From: Octopus vulgaris
Taxonomy: Eukaryota
Direction of reading: 5' to 3'
Assembly: GCA_951406725.2 (NCBI GenBank)
Contig: OX597827.1
Coordinates: 59,334,001-59,398,000 of the forward strand
Length of the DNA: 64,000 nucleotides
The first letter of the stretch is position 1. Every line of letters starts with the position of its first letter. The position numbers and the translations under genes were made by a program. Below the pieces are notes generated by a model that saw nothing but the letters and a program-made list of their open reading frames with translations, searched no databases and was not told the origin of the DNA. Shown here one piece after another: positions 15,798 to 29,218 of this stretch.

Positions 15798-16110
15798 TTA
15801 TCATTATCATTATTATTATTATTTTTATTATTGTCATTATCATTATTATTATTATTATCATTATTATTATTATTATTATCATTATTATTATCATTTTTAT
15901 TATCATTTTTATTATTATTAACATAATCATTATTATTATCATTAATAAGATTATTGTTATTTACATGATTATTGTTATTATAAACATTACTTTTTAATCA
16001 TTTGTCTTAATTTATCATCATCATCATCATTATTATTATTATTGTCTTTATTATTATTATTATTATTATTATTATCATCATCATTATTATTATCTTTATT
16101 ATCTTTATTA

Positions 16111-16168
<58 letters not shown>

Positions 16169-16169
16169 C
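15756..16169. repeat. (TAT/CAT)n trinucleotide tract; similar at 2110-2283, 10095-10466 and 48232-48345
   Basis: Direct reading. Confidence 0.95.
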
Positions 16170-16347
16170 AAAGAAATCTACATTAACTTAAGGATGGAAA
16201 ATTTTCCAAGTTCTGATATTTGCTACTTATTCTAGACATCCAGGATTAAAATAGCGATTCCCATTAATTTCTCCGCATTTTTTTTTGTTTATTTATCGCA
16301 ATCATGAGTACAACACCCATAACCACTAAGCCATGCACCTTCACTAC

Positions 16348-16480
<133 letters not shown>

Positions 16481-16903
16481 CATACATATATATGAGGCTG
16501 ATTGTGCATGCAGAAACACACGCCATACACTCTTGTCACATGCACGCATGCACACACACACACACACATATATATATCATGGACTCTAACGTCCTTAGAT
16601 GATATATGAGAGTTTGGCAATTTCTTGCTGAACGACCACACAGATGATTTGTTTATAGTGATCAAATGTTTGTGTACACATAAGCTCAATCCATCCATGG
16701 AATCGACATTACCTATACAAGTGTACCATGTGCCACATGTCAGATAATGAGATGATCACAGAGCAATGTAAAATGAAGTGCTTTGCTCAAGAATACAGCA
16801 CAATGCCTGGTCTGGGAATTGAAACCATGTTCTCACCATAACCACTAAACCATGTGCCTTCACAATGTACTGTATATATATATACACAATGTATATATAT
16901 ACA

Positions 16904-16951
<48 letters not shown>

Positions 16952-16987
16952 TCTGTATATACATACACTGTATATACACAAATGTAC

Positions 16988-17056
<69 letters not shown>

Positions 17057-17084
17057 TATATACACTGTATATACACAAATGTAC

Positions 17085-17115
<31 letters not shown>

Positions 17116-17290
17116 AATATATGCACATAGACATACATATATTTTATATATATATGTTACGCATAAAAATATATGTATGTATACATACATATATGTATGT
17201 GTATATATAGAGCGAAGCATTTATATCTGTATAATGTAGAGACATGTGTATGTATACTTTATATGTAAAAAATTTGTATGTATATATATG

Positions 17291-17610
17291 TGTGAAGGCA
17301 CGTGGCTTAGTGGTTAGGGCATTTGGCTCATGATCGTAAGGTTGTGAGTTCGATTCCCGTTGTGTCCTTGAGCAAGACACTTTATTTCACGTTGCTCCAG
17401 TCCACTCAGCTGAGCTGGAAAAAATGGGCAGTACCTGTATTTCGAAGGACCAGCCTTGTCACACTCTGTGTCACGCTGAATCTCCCTGAGAACTACGTTA
17501 AGGGTACACGTGTCTGTGGATTGCTCAGTCACTTGCACGTTAATTTCACGAGCAGGCTGTCCCATTGATCATATCAGCTGGGACCCTCGTTGTCGTAACC
17601 GACGGAGTGC
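17291..17610 (+). mobile_element. tRNA-derived SINE, family C; representative copy
   Basis: GTGGCTTAGTGGTTAGG (A box), GAGTTCGATTCCC (B box), TGTGTCCTTGAGCAAGACACTT body; copies near 25590-25880, 45110-45425 (-), 59940-60255 and many partial heads. Confidence 0.8.
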
Positions 17611-17656
17611 ACCTTATATATATATATCGAGGGATAGATAGATATACATACATACA

Positions 17657-18171
17657 TACAGGGTGCCTTAGAATTAACTACCTATTTCAATGAAATCAGG
17701 CAAATTTAAAAAAAAAAAATTGACCAAATTTTATGTCTATTACTTAATTATGAATCTAAAACAAATAGATTTATAAATCTTATATGCGAACTTTATTGAA
17801 AATTTTTAACATGTGCTCCGTATATATCTCTGCAACTCTGAAATCTATCCTTAGCCTTGCAAAACACATTTTGAAGCAAGTCAGGAGTTATTTCCTGCAC
17901 TGCAACTGAATGTGTTCTTGAACTATGGAGATAGAGAAAATGATAGTAACCAAATTGAAAAAAAAAAAGCTGTTGTGGACAGATAAGTGGGATCCAACAG
18001 GAGTGAAAATATAATTATAAAATAAGAAATTATCAAAATAAAATTATAAACAAAATTAAAAACTTATACACCTTTAACACATATTAAACATGATAAACAT
18101 AAATAAATGTGAGTTTTTCAAAAAATTGTCTGATTTCACTGGAATAGATAGTTAATAATGGGACACTCTAT
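17657..18171. mobile_element. Internally deleted Tc1/mariner-type DNA transposon
   Basis: Imperfect TIRs TACAGGGTGCC...GGACACTCTATA. Minus strand encodes QEITPDLLQNVF...RFQSCRDIYGAHV, like a transposase C-terminus. Confidence 0.65.
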
Positions 18172-18173
18172 AC

Positions 18174-18216
<43 letters not shown>

Positions 18217-18219
<3 letters not shown>

Positions 18220-18433
18220 GAGGGGGTGCCAAAAAGTTCCTGGCTTTTAGGATATTGTGGAAGGCCTTGTTGGAAGCCTAACTTCCTGAGATCTTTTATA
18301 GGGCTTAGAAAACTGAGAGACTGCAGCAATAAGTGTGTGAATCTGAGCGGGGAATATTTTGAATAAAATCATAAACTGATCATCCTGTAATTTCTTTTAC
18401 TCAAAGCCAGGAACTTTTCAGCACTTTTTTGTA
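18217..18433. mobile_element. Mariner-type MITE (second copy about 59167-59382)
   Basis: TA-CGAGGGGGTGCCAAAAAGTTCCTGGCTTT ... AAAGCCAGGAACTTTTCAGCAC TIRs; the two copies share internal sequence. Confidence 0.75.
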
Positions 18434-18527
18434 CACACAAAAACAATCATAAAAATCTGATGCTTCATGATACAAGTAAACACGGACATGTCGATAAAAG
18501 GATAGAATATCAAAGCTGGTACCTTAC

Positions 18528-18737
18528 CTACATCACAGTATGTTCCAGAATAACCTTCCCGACACCGGCATTTATAAGTACTGTCTTTACGACTGGTGCA
18601 CTTGCCATGCTTACATTTGTGGTTTGCGCATGGATCTTGCTTTTTTAACTCTTGGCATCCAGGGATTAGTTTATGGTTGTAAAGTGATGAGCTGAAGTCT
18701 AATTGGTGTCCGTTAATCAAGACTTTTTGGAGACATC
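18528..18737 (-). CDS. slit: Slit exon: end of LamG and EGF7
   Basis: aatcag|...|gtaagg; 210 nt; GCLQKVLINGHQLDF...PGCQELKKQDPCANHKCKHGKC...CDV. Confidence 0.95.
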
Positions 18738-19239
18738 CTGATTTATATGTAATACGTATGAAAAATAAAAATAAAAATAAGCCATGAGAAATAAGAGAGA
18801 AAACAATATCAATTATATGATATTAATGAAATATGACTTCAAGGCAGTATTACATCATATATTAATTGCATAAAATGATGAGCTAAGAGAACTTTACTAA
18901 TTAGAATTATGGGCTAACGTCACAACTCTGATTCTACAAATGTGATTAGAGTGTCACAGAATAAAACCACAAGACAGACTCCTTGAGCCAATCCTGCTGG
19001 TTGGATACCTTGAGGCAGACCAAAGAGATGGTTAGAAAATGTCTATAGTCTCAGTCGGTCATGCCTGGGAATCCAGTCAGAAAGTCTAATGACAGTTGCT
19101 TCTGAAGGGCTTCAATAGAGGTGATGCCTGAGGATGCTACACCAACAACTCTCCTAAGAATAGTGGGTGAAGATGGATGGATGGATGGATGGATGGGTGG
19201 ATGGCTAAATATTTATATATACATAGTAATGTTGTCTAA

Positions 19240-19500
19240 TTCTGTTCCTAATCAATTGGGCTATAATTTTCTCCATAACTTGCTTGACAATTTGACAGCT
19301 CTGTAATTACTTTTATCAAAGGCATCTTCTTTACCCTTGTAACGGCTGTCTATAATTCACTAGTCATTGTGTATGACACCTTCCTGTACAACCTGATTGA
19401 CAATAGGGGTGATTAGGCTGTATCCCATTCTGCCAGATATTTTAAGCATCCCAGAAGTGATTCCTAATGGACCAGGGGCTTTCCCTGTTTTATGTCCTTG
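19240..19500 (-). mobile_element. RTE-like reverse transcriptase N-terminal fragment
   Basis: KTGKAPGPLGITSGMLKISG...IVNQVVQEGVI...YKGKEDAFDKSNYRAVKL. Confidence 0.8.
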
Positions 19501-19869
19501 ATTGACACTGTCTTCATCCTATATATGGATGTATACACAAATATACATCCTACCCTATACACACATATATGTGCACACACGTGTGTGTGTAGCTTTTATC
19601 TTTTATATTTTATTTGTCTCAGTCATTTGATTGCGGCCATGCTGGAGCACTGCCTTGAAGAGTTTTAGTCGTACACGTAGCCCCCCCCCACCAGGACTTT
19701 TTTAAAGCCTGGTACTTATTCTATTAGTCTCTTTTGCTGAACCGCTAAGTTACAGGGACACAAACACACCAATACACTAACACCAGTTGCCAAGCGGTGG
19801 CGGGGGCAAACATAGACACAAACACACACACACATATCTGCATACATACATAGACACACACACACATAC

Positions 19870-20268
19870 ACTTTTACTTGTTTCAGTCATTTGACTGTGG
19901 CCATGCTGGAGCACCACCTTTAGTCGAGCAAATCGACCCCAGGACTTATTCTTTGTAAGCTTAGTACTTATTCTATTGGTCTCTTTTACTGAACTGCTAA
20001 GTTACGGGGACGTAAACACACCAACATCGGTTGTCAAGCGATATTGGGGGGACAAACACAGATACACAAACGTATACACATATACATATATATATACATA
20101 TATACGACAGGCTTCTTTCAGTTTCCGTCTACCAAATCCACTCACAAGGCTTTGGTCGGTCCGAAGCTATAGTAGAAGACACTTGGCCAAGGTGCCACAC
20201 AGTGGGACTGAACCCGGAACCATATGGTTGGTAAGCAAACTACTTACCACACAGCCACTCCTACGCCT
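19870..20268 (-). mobile_element. tRNA-derived SINE, family A; representative copy
   Basis: Minus-strand head GGAGTGGCTGTGTGGTAAG...GGGTTCAGTCCC, internal TA/CA microsatellite. Close copies at about 22090-22492, 24850-25248 and 59395-59855 (-), and 51565-51977 and 55100-55350 (+). Confidence 0.85.
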
Positions 20269-20538
20269 ATATATATATCTGACGGGTTTCTTTCAGTTTC
20301 CATCTACCAAATCCACTCACAAAGCTTTAGTTGGCCTGTGACTATTGTTGAAAATACTTACCCAAGATACCATGCAGTAGGACTGAACCTGGAACCATGT
20401 GGTTGAGAAGCAAACTTCTTACCACACAGCCATACTCGCACCTATTATATATGTACATAAACATACCCCAATACGCACAGACAAAACAAAACAAAACAAA
20501 ACAAAAACAAAATAAATAAAACCATTAGTACCACTCAC

Positions 20539-21006
20539 CAACAAAGCTAGCTTTGTCTCGTATATGCCAATTTTTCAGAGCCCTGTCATTGACATCAGGA
20601 GGAAGTCCTCCAAGATACAAGGAATCAGTGACATCCAGACTCTCACGAGATCCTTCGTTCACAATGGTACGGGAAATGCCTCCATCGACAATCATGGTGA
20701 AATTCTTTTTCTCAATCATCATTTGCAAATGATGGAAGTTGCCATCGTTTACTGTTTTGAAGCTGAACATTGAAGATACTGGATAGTTGCCAACATCAAA
20801 ACTGATCCTAATTCGGCCTCGGAACAACTCTGCTGCGACATGTTGTTCAAAGCCGGTGTAGAGCAAAATACCATTGTCTTGCTTAGCAGAGAATACAATG
20901 GTTATATTGGCTTTAGGGTCTACCTGTAATGGTGGCAACTTTATGTATGAATCTTCTTCGTGTAGGGAAACTGTATGAAGCTTTTCACATTTCTTGCCGG
21001 CAAAAC
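20539..21006 (-). CDS. slit: Slit exon: end of EGF6 and laminin-G domain
   Basis: aaacag|...|gtgagt; 468 nt; GFAGKKCEKLHTVSL...DNGILLYTG...AELFRGRIRISFDVGNYP...VNDGNFHH...LYLGGLP...ASFV. Confidence 0.96.
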
Positions 21007-21108
21007 CTGTTTGGATAAAAGAGGAAGAAAGGTGAGTGTGAGAAAATTGAAGGAAAAAAGAAACAAAGGAAGGTAGAGTTTGTGTATGCGTACATCCATG
21101 TGTGTGTA

Positions 21109-21173
<65 letters not shown>

Positions 21174-21436
21174 GGAATAGAGAGAGGATGAAACAGAGAA
21201 AGGGAGATAAACATGAATTAATAGTGGGAAAGAATATCAACAGCCCAATGGGCCAACGTAAGGCAGCAATATAAGTGTGTGTGTGTATGTGTGTGTGCAC
21301 ATGCGTGTATGTTCATGTATTTAACACACATACATTCACACACATGCACACATACATGCATATACATGTATGCATACATATATGCATATATATCATCCGG
21401 AGTAATGATTGCACACACACATACATATCGTTGTAC

Positions 21437-22060
21437 TCTAATGGTGGAAGGAACCTGTGGAAGAGGTAGGCACATGAAGACATGAGATGAGGTGGTGAAG
21501 CACGATCTTCGAATGTTGGGCCTCACAAAGGCAATGAAAAACGACCGAGAATTTTGGAGGTATGCCGTGCTTGAGAAGACCAATCAAGCCAAGTGAGATT
21601 GTAGTCATGGCTGATGTCTGTATCATTTAACTGGGCCTTTAAAAGCACACTCCAATTGTTGGGCGAAATATGGTGCTTGTAAAGACCTGTTGAACCGAGT
21701 GAAATCATAGTTGTGGTTGATGCCAGTACCATCTGACTATCACCTGTGCTGGTGGCATATAAAAAGCACCATTCAAGTATTGGGCTTCATAGAGGCAGTG
21801 ACAGGTAACCAAGACCCTTGGCGATATTCTGTGCTTGTGTTCACCTGTTAAGCCAAGTGAGATTGTAGTTGTGGCTGATGCTGGTGTCAGGTCAATGACA
21901 CTCATGCTGGTGGCACATAAAAAGCACCCATTACACTCTCAGAGTGGTTGGCTTTAGGAAGGGCATCCAGCTGTAGAAACCATGCCTAATCAGATTGGAA
22001 CCTCGTGCAGCCCCCCCAGCATGGAAAGTGGACGTTAAATGATGATGATGATGATGACGG
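21437..22060 (+). mobile_element. RTE-like retrotransposon 3' end with repetitive 3' UTR and (GAT)n tail
   Basis: LMVEGTCGRGRHMKT*DEVVKHDLRMLGLTKAM (GxRxRGRPxxxW motif), internal subrepeats, ends GACGTTAAATGATGATGATG. Confidence 0.75.
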
Positions 22061-22290
22061 TGATATAAATACGTATCTCTTTTTTCTCTCTTTTACTTGT
22101 TTCAGTCATTTGACTGCGGCCATGCTGGAGCACCGCCTTTAGTCGAGCAGATCGACCCCGGGACTTATTCTTTGTAAGCCCAGTACTTATTCTATCAGTC
22201 TCTTTTGCCGAACTGCTAAGTGACGGAGACATAAACACACCAGCATCGGTTGTCAAGCAATGCTAGGGAGACAAGCACAGACACACAAAC

Positions 22291-22321
<31 letters not shown>

Positions 22322-23151
22322 CATATATACGACAGGCTTCTTTCAGTTTCCGTCTACCAAATCCACTCACAAGGCATTGGTCGGCCCGGGGCTATAGCAG
22401 AAGACACTTGCCCAAGATGCCATGCAGTGGGACTGTACCCAGAACCGTATGGTTGGTAAGCAAGCTACTTACCACACAGCCATTCCTGCGCCTATATATA
22501 AATATATATACATAATTTTCCTTGACCTTTAATAGCAAAATCTTCATAAAGAGCAATATACAAACCAAAACAACACACATAACATATAGAGCACATGAAA
22601 CATATTATGGAAGTTATCGGGAGTTAACAATGAAAAGATTTCAAATCCGGCAATGATGATTTTAGCAGTTATAACAACATTCCCATGTTCCTTTCCAGCC
22701 AACTGCACAATGCATCAATAATATGTCTCTACTATCATTTCATTCTGACAAAAATGTCTTGAAACAGTCATACACTTACATAATCTATTGTTGCAAACTA
22801 AACATAAAGGATTGATAAGAAAGTATGAAAAATACTTAATAAATAAGATTAAACAGGTTAAGATTTCAATTATTATGCATATGATATGTATACATAATAA
22901 ATATATTATATTACATCTGGGTCACATTCTCTGTGTTTGTATGTTATAAAAATGTATAGGCATATTATATTGCACATACATGTATGCTTGTGTATACATA
23001 CATACATAAACAAACATATATATGTTCACACACATGTATATATGCATACGTATGCATATACATATGTATGTGCATACATATATGTGTGTGTGTGCACCTG
23101 TGCTTATGTGTATGTATGTATATATATATTGTGTAGTCATATATACATGTA

Positions 23152-23179
<28 letters not shown>

Positions 23180-23182
<3 letters not shown>

Positions 23183-24823
23183 AGCAATATCGTCTCTCAG
23201 TGCTATCTCCACTGTTTGAGAAGAGTATATAGAATGACCTCGGTCGAGATTACAAACAGCTTTGGCTGGTTCAACATTGATGTAAACACTAATTCGATTG
23301 GCTGACACGTTGGTCTCTACTACGCTCGCACCGCTGGTTATAACTTGGCGCAAAATGTCTCGACTTATTTTCGCGCCATAGTCCAAGCAGCCAATCACAG
23401 CTTTCCATTTCTGAAGTTCATTGGGAGCCATGTGAAGCTTATAAAACAAGGTTTCTCAGAAAAATATTCGTCTTAGGTTTTTAGTTCTTTTCAGAGCTAA
23501 ACCTCTGACCACACAGCTCGTCTTAGGCTTTTAGTTCTTTTAAGAGCTAAGTCTCTGACCACACAGAGATACTCGACCAAGTTCCAGTTTCGAGGCAGGC
23601 GACCACCATTAATACAAGATGTTACAGATACCTCTCATACTGTTAGTGTGAAAAATCACCATGAAGAAAACGGTTACAAGATATCTGTAACTAGAGAAAA
23701 ATAACCAAGCAGAAAATAATGAAGAAGCAGCAAGAACCAATCGACAAACATCGAAGATTTAAATTGTACACGAGACAACTACAGATTCAACTATAGCAGT
23801 TAGGTGAAATTCTCGCCACGAAGAAAACGGCTACAGTAACATGTCTGGAAGTATATTCATATCAAGAGAAAGATAAACACAACGAGTGATTCAATTAATC
23901 TCAACTGCGACATGCAATATCTTGATATGGGACTCTTATAGTGTACCTCATAAACGGTAAATCAATTATCTGTTCTTGGGTTCTAGTTTCTTCTAAGAAC
24001 TACCTTAAGCCATCTGTTATTACCTGTTGCCAAGCCGATACCAACAACATTAACTGTGAATCAAATCCCATCGTCTTTTCACTGGTCAGTACCCAAACTT
24101 ATGTGTATTGCCGCTGCATGTAAAATATAGTCAGTAAAATATATTATTAAGAATAGGACCACGTTACTGTAGCCGTTTTCTTTGTGGCGAGAATTTCACC
24201 TAACCGCTATAGTTGAATCTGTAGTTGTCTCGTGTACAATTTAAATCTTCGATGTTTGTCGATTGGTTCTTGCTGCTTCTTCATTATTTTCTGCTTGGTT
24301 ATTTTTCTCTAGTTACAGATATCTTGTAACCGTTTTCTTCATGGTGATTTTTCACACTAACAGTATGAGAGGTATCTGTAACATCTTGTATTAATGGTGG
24401 TCGCCTGCCTCGAAACTGGAACTTGGTCGAGTATCTCTGTGTGGTCAGAGACTTAGCTCTTAAAAGAACTAAAAGCCTAAGACGAGCTGTGTGGTCAGAG
24501 GTTTAGCTCTGAAAAGAACTAAAAACCTAAGACGAATATTTTTCTGAGAAACCTTGTTTTATAAGCTTCATATGGCTCCCAATGAACTTCAGAAATGGAA
24601 AGCTGTGATTGGCTGCTTGGACTATGGCGCGAAAATAAGTCGAGACATTTTGCGCCAAGTTATAACCAGCGGTGCGAGCGTAGTAGAGACCAACGTGTCA
24701 GCCAATCGAATTAGTGTTTACATCAATGTTGAACCAGCCAAAGCTGTTTGTAATCTCGACCGAGGTCATTCTATATACTCTTCTCAAACAGTGAAGATAG
24801 CACTGAGAGACGATATTGCTACA
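23180..24823. mobile_element. Fold-back element with about 660-bp near-perfect terminal inverted repeats
   Basis: 23180-23842 is the reverse complement of 24161-24823 with only a handful of mismatches; ends TGTAGC...GCTACA; TA-rich flanks. Confidence 0.9.
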
Positions 24824-26491
24824 TAATATATATATAAATATATATCTTCTACTCTTTTACTTGTTTCAGTCATTTGACTGCGGCCATGCTGGAGCATCGC
24901 CTTTAGTCAAGCAACTAGATCCCGGGACTTATTCTTTTGTAAGCCCAGTACTTATTCTATCGGTCTCTTTTGCCGAACCGCTAAGTAACGGGGACATAAA
25001 CACACCAGCATCAGTTGTCAAGCAATGCCTAGGGGAACAAACACAGACACACAAACACACACATGCATATATATATATATTATATACATATATACGACAG
25101 GCTTCTTTCAGTTTCCGTCTACCAAATCCACTCACAAGGCTTTGGTTGGCCCGAGGCTATACTAGAAGACACTTGCCCAAGGTGCCATGCAGTGGGACTG
25201 AACCCGGAACCATGTGGTTGGTAAACAAGCTACTTACCACACAGCCACATAAATATATATATATATATAAATAGTTACATATATACATATATATTTAATA
25301 TATAATATATATACCTATATATATATATATAGAGAGAGAGAGTTAGATACTCACACACATATATATATGTAAAGATGTGTGTGTAAGTGTAAGATAATGA
25401 TGTAGTCTTGTTCAGTGCTGTAGAGTGAAATGCAAATATAATGAGTTGTTTGTGTATAGAAGTGGGGCGTAAGGTGTTGTGCAGTATGTTTGCCGTGTTG
25501 TAGTTGTTGTAGTGTGTGAATCAGTGTTATGTAGAACAGTGCAGCATGAGGATGAGTGATGTAGTGTATTTGCAGTAGTGTGTGAAGATGTGTGGTTTAA
25601 TTGTTAGAAGTATTTGGCTCATGATTGTAAGGTTGTGAGTTCAATTCCCAGCTGTGCCTTGTGTCCTTGAGTACAGCAATTTATTTTATGTTGCTCCAGT
25701 CCCCATAGCTGGTAAATGAGCAGTACCAGTAATTCAAAAGGGTCAGCCTTGTCCACATTATGTATCACACTGAGTCTCCCTGAGAGCTACATTAAGGGTA
25801 CTCTTGTCTGTGGGGTACTCAGCTACTTGCGTGTTAATTTCACAAGTAGGCTGTTCTGTTGATTGGAACCAATGGAGCACCAGCTTTTAATGTTGTGTGA
25901 TGTGTCGCACGGTGTCGCAATATGATGCTGTATAATAAATCACATGATCATGTGACCGATCAGATATTGTTACACATCAGTGATCACGATGTACTTTTAC
26001 ATTGTTTTAGCTTTCAAATGAAGCCACCCCACTGGCTTGGTGAGCAGGCCAGCATTTATCCCTGATCAAACGGGGACTGGGGCAATGTGAAATGAAGCAT
26101 TTTACTCAAGAACACAATGCACTGCCCAATCAGGGAATCGAACCCACAATAAAAATAAAAATAAAATAATGAAATTATTGTATACAGTGCTCAGGTGCAC
26201 CACAACTTGTCAGAAAGTGCATATAAAGTACATGCAGTAATGTAGAAATGTCTGGAAAGCGAACAATGTATGAGTCAGATACATGCTTGCGTGTGTATGG
26301 AGGGGAGAAAATCAGGTGTAGTGTTGGCGAATCTCAGGAAGCATGGAAGTTTTGAAGGATGCAGTGCTCCGACAATTTAGCAATCATGAATGCAACAGCC
26401 TAACCACTAGGCCACATGCTTTCACTGTATAATAAATACACTGTGAAATAAAATACAAAGTGTCACATCATATATTTGTAGAGTACATTAC

Positions 26492-26769
26492 CTGCGGCAC
26501 AGCGGCACATGTAGTCGGATGTGGTGGAAGGCAAATAACATAGTCCATTGTTTTTACATTCGTGGTGAAGGCAGGCACTGGGTTGTTGTACACCTGACTG
26601 TTGGATTGGTGCTATTTCACAGAAGTTGCCTAGGTAACCAGGTGGGCAAATACACGTGTATCCGTTGAGGCCATCCATGCATTTGGCACCATTCTGACAA
26701 ATATGAGAACGGCATTCATCTATGTTTTCTGAACAATTTTTACCTGTGTAACCTGGTAGACATTCGCAG
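26492..26769 (-). CDS. slit: Slit exon: end of EGF4, EGF5, EGF5-6 linker, EGF6
   Basis: accag|...|gtaatg; 278 nt; CECLPGYTGKNCSENIDECRSHICQNGAKCMDGLNGYTCICPPGYLGNFCEIAPIQQSGVQQPSACLHHECKNNGLC...CRCAA. Confidence 0.95.
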
Positions 26770-27050
26770 CTGGTGGTTTAGATGAGAAAAGTATGTGGAT
26801 ATGTAGAAGGGTTACAGCAAAGTACCCCGAAAGGAATAATAAAAAAAAGAAAAAAAGAGAAGAAAACATTTATTAATGCAATAATTAGCAATAGAATATC
26901 AAGCACAAAATTACACATTTTTGGGGAGTATGTAGCTGGGGCCAAAAGCTTGGTACATTTTTTAAAAAACATTAAAATTGTTATGCCTAAGTACAATTCA
27001 AGTCAAATATGTAGTTACTTAATAACTGATCCGATGGTTCAATTGTTCAA

Positions 27051-27084
<34 letters not shown>

Positions 27085-27217
27085 CATGTATAATAATGTG
27101 TATATATATATGTGTGTATATATGTGTATGTATATATATGTATGTATATATATATGTATGTATATATATGTATATATACATATTACATGTATGTATATAT
27201 ATGTATATATACATATA

Positions 27218-27340
<123 letters not shown>

Positions 27341-27341
27341 C

Positions 27342-27868
27342 GCGAGAATGAAGCAACAAGAATGGATAGGTTTTTAGTACAATCGTTTCATACAAGGACA
27401 GGTTTTATTAAAAGTTGCAAAAATTACAGCATATAAACGTGTCCCGTACTCATCAGCTAAAATACATGTGAGTTCTCTAGACATCCTAGTGGTTGAGGCT
27501 ATACTCATGAAGTAATGTAGATAATTAAGTAACATAAACAGATTTCAAAATCTGTTTATGTTACTTAATTATCTACATTACTTCATGAGTATAGCCTCAA
27601 CCACTAGGATGTCTAGAGAACTCACATGTATTTTAGCTGATGAGTACGGGACACATTTATATGCTGTAATTTTTGCAACTTTTAATAAAACCTGTCCTTG
27701 TATGAAACGATTGTACTAAAAACCTATCCATTCTTGTTGCTTCATTCTCGCTTATAATCACCCCACATTACTGTATTGTTAAATCAGTATAGTTTTTTTT
27801 TGGTGCATCTAAGTTAGGTACCATATTCAAGTAAATTCATTTAAATTAACTTGAATCTTTATTGCTTT

Positions 27869-27870
<2 letters not shown>
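27342..27870. mobile_element. Palindromic non-coding element with an HHR in each arm and a one-sided tail (PLE pseudo-LTR-like)
   Basis: 410-bp palindrome 27342-27751 (2-nt centre, one mismatch seen), about 120-nt tail, (TA)n on both flanks. Confidence 0.85.
27631..27721 (+). ncRNA. Type I minimal hammerhead ribozyme (mirror copy on minus strand 27372-27462)
   Basis: Stem I TTTTAG/CTAAAA; core CTGATGA; stem II GTACGGGACA/TGTCCTTGTAT; GAAA; stem III C-GATT-G; cleavage triplet GUA (after 27715). Confidence 0.8.
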
Positions 27871-27917
<47 letters not shown>

Positions 27918-28911
27918 CAATTATTGTATTTACCTGAGTATAATTCACATCCCAGTCTTTTCAGTTAAAATCAAGCATAAAATATTGCAACTTATCAAAG
28001 AGCAATTATGGTATATTGACCCCAGTTCTTCACTGATACTTTACTTTGTCCAAGCATCAATTATAATAAAAGAGAAACTCTTTCTGTCCTGGATCCTTGT
28101 GGCTCAATCTACATTTGCTCTACATAGACATATTATACCATTTTGGAATCAGGATGATCCCAGGATTGAAAATCTGCCCTTCATTTGGTTCTTGAACATC
28201 CAGCTTTGGGATCTGATTTAAAAGAATCTGGGTTGCTATTTTTAGCAGGTAAAGCTTAGCTGATTCATGTCATTTTGGTTGGTGTTTGTCGGATGAGATC
28301 AGAGATCAAGGTGGAGATAAGTGACATTCACTTTGTGAATTTTACGTTGAGATAAAAATTTTGGGACAAATTGGCCAACAGCTGGAATTTAACTTGGGAT
28401 TAGAACTTGGGATAGAATGATTGCATTACAAAATTAATTGTCATCTACCCTTAACCTCTGATCAACAATGGGGCATATAGACATGTCATAGTTTAGTTTT
28501 GAGCCACAGGTCCAATTAGCTCTTCACAGGAGCTAGCTGAAAAGCTTGCACAAAGTGTGGCTTTTAAGCTAGTGTAGAATAAAAGGGAAAAATGGTCAAC
28601 TACGGCAGGATTTGAACCCAGAATGTAAAGGGAGATATCTAAATACCACATGTCATTCAAGTGTATCACTCTAGTACTTCTGCCAATCCACTGCCCCTTA
28701 CATGTATTCATATGATGGTTAAACAACTGACATAAGGTTACTAATTGTATAAGAGATGCCGGTTCATTACTCTATACCTTCCTCACACACACACACATAC
28801 ACACCAGTCAGTCATGTAGTGAAGGAAATCTGATAGAATAACACCAAGCAAAGGTTATAATAAGTACATGACTTCAGGCATACTCACTGAAACAAAAATG
28901 AATGAACTTAC

Positions 28912-29005
28912 CTGTAATCATCACCTTTAGGCTTACAGGTAGCACCATTCTCACACATATCATACTCTCCTTCACAAAACACAATCTTCTTCTGACAGTG
29001 TTTAC
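28912..29005 (-). CDS. slit: Slit exon: EGF4 (first part)
   Basis: tttcag|...|gtaagt; 94 nt; GKHCQKKIVFCEGEYDMCENGATCKPKGDDY. Confidence 0.94.
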
Positions 29006-29218
29006 CTGAAAGTAAGCCATAGCAGAAAAAGTCAGAGGGTAAAATCAATATAATAATAATCAATAACAGGAAGGGCATCCAGCCATAGAAACTGTGCAAA
29101 ACAGACATGGAGCCTAAATAGGCTTTCAACTGGTCAGCTCCTGTCAAACTGTCCAACCCCTACCAGCATGGGATGATGATTGAAAGAGATACATGTCTGT
29201 ATAAAAAAATACACTCAC

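Noticed and set aside
17291-17362. tRNA-like sequences here and at other SINE heads
   Set aside because: A and B boxes run straight into SINE bodies and no complete cloverleaf forms; not called as tRNA genes.
21590-21950. Spaced imperfect repeats resembling an array
   Set aside because: They are subrepeats of an RTE 3' UTR in eukaryotic DNA, with no constant repeat and unique spacer structure; not CRISPR.
22922-24826. Near-identical MFYKLHMAPNELQKW... ORFs on both strands
   Set aside because: A by-product of the inverted repeat arms; no recognisable domain, and the left copy runs into microsatellite.
26896-26909. Minus-strand TTGTGCTTGAT matching the start of miR-218
   Set aside because: Only 11 nt match, the rest diverges, and no hairpin is evident.
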